Assembly (NCBI RefSeq): GCF_006345805.1
Contig: NW_021831915.1
Span: 1-33,934, forward strand
Length of the DNA: 33,934 nucleotides
Reading direction: 5' to 3'
DNA from: Octopus sinensis
Lineage: Eukaryota
This document shows, piece after piece, positions 31,840 to 33,934 of this stretch; the first letter of the stretch is position 1, and each line of letters opens with the position of its first letter. Made by a program: the position numbers and the translations under genes. The notes beneath the pieces were generated by a model. The model was not told the origin of the DNA, made no database searches, and worked only from the letters and a program-made list of their open reading frames with translations.

Positions 31840-33475
31840 TAGGATATGGACCTCGCTTTTGTTTCCACTTGGTGGCTAGAGCTAAACACTTATTTGATAC
31901 AAAATGACATAGTTTAATGTAATCAGTATGGACTTTCATTAAAGGGCCTTTCATTAGCCCAGGGCATGTGATACACTGAAATTCTTTGTTTTCATGGTAA
32001 AACACCAAAAATCCTTTAGAATTCATTCTACAAAAGCAAGAAGGAATCTCAGGGAAAGTTGAATTATTTTGGTTAATTATTTCTCCAGTCTCAGTGAATA
32101 ATATAGCTTTATTATTCCTGTAGAATATTAATATAGAAGATGTAGACATAGGTAGAATATTAGTAATGTTGTAGCAATCCTCAATATAAATATAGTTGTT
32201 CAATGTTGGGGTCCATAGCTGGGGGTTATATGACTGCCTGGGCCAAAAGTCTTCATTTGTTCCAATGATATAAAGGACATCAAAATAATCGGTTACAAAA
32301 ATGTTTTCTTTGCCAACAGAAATATGGCGGCATTTCATGCCAATTTCTCTTGTTGTCACAGCACCTGTACCCGATATCTGATAAATAATATGTCCCTGAA
32401 GGACATAAAAATGGTTTTGGTACACAGAGATGTGGCTTGGAATGTCCAGGGAATTTGTATCCACCTCAAATAACTGCTGGCCATCCACATTGTAACAGGT
32501 AACCCTGTTAATATTGGAAAAGGATACTAAGAGTTTATTTTGTGCTCCTACAGCAATATCTGAAGGGGTTTCTTTCGTTATGAATTCGTATTTTATTCTA
32601 TTCTCTTCCCAGTCAATGACGTATATGGTCTGACCAAACATTTCTACACCTATAAGCGTGGAATGTTCCAAATAAGAAACCAAGATTAATCCTAGCTGAA
32701 TTCTTTTGATTTCAAAACTTAAAGGGTTGATAATAAGAATCATTTTTCGAAATGGGAGGGTGGCCAGGACTGTGTCTTGACTGATTCTGGTAAAATCAGT
32801 GACAGAAGATGAGCAATGAACTTCATTTCTGTTGCCGACTCTTGTTATACAACATATTGTCATACAGTAGTGGGAATATGTTACAATACCCCCTTGTATG
32901 ACAACAATATTGGATATTGGGTTGCTTAAGTCTTCACCAGATTCCTCAATCTCTACTTCTCTGGTCACAACTGGCCGAAGAGGACGAAACTTTGTGATTA
33001 CTTTTGGTGGTTCAATGGTCTTGTGGTTGTATGGGTTACAGGTGACATAAATGTCAAAGAGTCTTTGTTGAAACCAATCAAGGTTTTGGTGAACAAAATC
33101 ATTATTTTGTTCTGCAATTTCCAGAAATCTTGGCATTTTACGTTTGATATTACGTAAAATTCGAGATCCATCTAAACCCAGAGAGTCCATGTGATTACAT
33201 TTAACCTTTACATAATCTATAAACGTATTGATGTGGTCTGTTTTGATTAGTGTTCGGTAACATGTCACAATATGAAGGAAACTTGGTAACATGGACTTTT
33301 CCTGTTCTTTAGATTTCTTTGTGTCTTTTCTTTCCTGTTCTTCTGTTTTCTTTGTGTTTTGTGTATGTAATATTTGGGGAAGAATTGGTGTAGTTTCCTT
33401 ATAAATTGCTGTTGTATCACAGACTGTGGCAGGAATGAGAGCCAACATTTTGTTTTCTTCATTAATCTTCTCCAT
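31823..33475 (-). CDS. 5' segment (550 codons) of the same multi-propeller protein
   Basis: ATG in strong context (AAAATGG). A charged/helical ~165-aa leader precedes propeller-like blades (PSDIAVGAQNKLLVS..NRVTCYNVDGQQLF, PSHISVYQNHFYV). Overlaps the next ORF by 17 nt in another frame. Confidence 0.88.
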   Translation of the reverse strand: MEKINEENKMLALIPATVCDTTAIYKETTPILPQILHTQNTKKTEEQERKDTKKSKEQEKSMLPSFLHIVTCYRTLIKTDHINTFIDYVKVKCNHMDSLGLDGSRILRNIKRKMPRFLEIAEQNNDFVHQNLDWFQQRLFDIYVTCNPYNHKTIEPPKVITKFRPLRPVVTREVEIEESGEDLSNPISNIVVIQGGIVTYSHYCMTICCITRVGNRNEVHCSSSVTDFTRISQDTVLATLPFRKMILIINPLSFEIKRIQLGLILVSYLEHSTLIGVEMFGQTIYVIDWEENRIKYEFITKETPSDIAVGAQNKLLVSFSNINRVTCYNVDGQQLFEVDTNSLDIPSHISVYQNHFYVLQGHIIYQISGTGAVTTREIGMKCRHISVGKENIFVTDYFDVLYIIGTNEDFWPRQSYNPQLWTPTLNNYIYIEDCYNITNILPMSTSSILIFYRNNKAILFTETGEIINQNNSTFPEIPSCFCRMNSKGFLVFYHENKEFQCITCPGLMKGPLMKVHTDYIKLCHFVSNKCLALATKWKQKRGPYPIDQRR

Positions 33476-33592
33476 TTTATGAATATAGAATTATTATCTT
33501 TTTCTGTTAAATATATTCTTTTCTGTGGATTTTGTTTTCTTCCTTTGGAATACAATTTATCTCTTCAAAATTCACTAATTTTTACATGAAAG

Positions 33593-33612
33593 CTGAAATA
33601 AAATGAAAACTT
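33593..33612 (-). promoter_or_regulatory. Candidate 3' splice acceptor of a 5'-UTR intron
   Basis: Minus strand GTTTTCATTTTATTTCAG|CTTTC, 117 nt upstream of the ATG at 33475; all three frames are closed between acceptor and ATG. Confidence 0.5.
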
Positions 33613-33934
33613 TATTAGTTTTGTGAAAAGCTTTTGATAAAATAATATTTACTTGATTCATTCAAAGAATTTCAAGGAAAACACACATTTCATTAAATAT
33701 ATTAAACAAATTGTTTATTTGACAGTGAAGTTAAACATTTAAACTGTTTTCAATGGAATAATCATTAGAAATAAAACTTGAAGATATAAATACACCATTA
33801 TCTTTATTGACTGAATATAAGTGATGGTGAAAAGTTTTGTAGTAAGAAGGAATATAAATATTTTGCTGAGGTTATTTCTACAGATATTATCGGTAGAAAT
33901 TATAGCCAGGACTGATTTCCTGCTACAACATTTC

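Noticed and set aside
28212-31842. Short plus-strand ORFs antisense to the propeller gene
   Set aside because: Expected shadow ORFs of 60-80 aa with no independent support.
33265-33555. 96-aa ORF overlapping the propeller gene start as an alternative N-terminus
   Set aside because: Non-ATG start, Lys/Gln-rich shadow frame; the ATG at 33475 has strong context.

Overview
AT-rich, microsatellite-dense eukaryotic DNA. The SINE families and [17 protein letters not shown] zinc fingers suggest an octopod cephalopod; this is inferred from recalled repeat and ZNF style, not from a database search. The first ~23 kb is almost entirely decayed mobile DNA between (TA)n arrays: CR1/L2, RTE, Tx1/L1 and Hero/R2-group LINE pieces, four SINE families, Tigger/pogo, three mariner remnants, a piggyBac with intact ends, and hAT and TTAA MITEs. 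It also holds two near-perfect foldbacks (243 and 649 bp) and an old local duplication. The right third has two minus-strand loci. One is a C2H2 zinc-finger array (7 intact fingers) whose 5' end is an antisense CR1 LINE fragment. The other is a 5.4-kb intronless coding region (33475->28078), split into 550-aa and 1253-aa ORFs by one extra base; joined, it gives ~1798 aa with six tandem ~250-290-aa beta-propeller-like (NHL/TRIM-type) modules. No rRNA, intact tRNA or CRISPR array is supported. Most short ORFs in the track are microsatellite artefacts.
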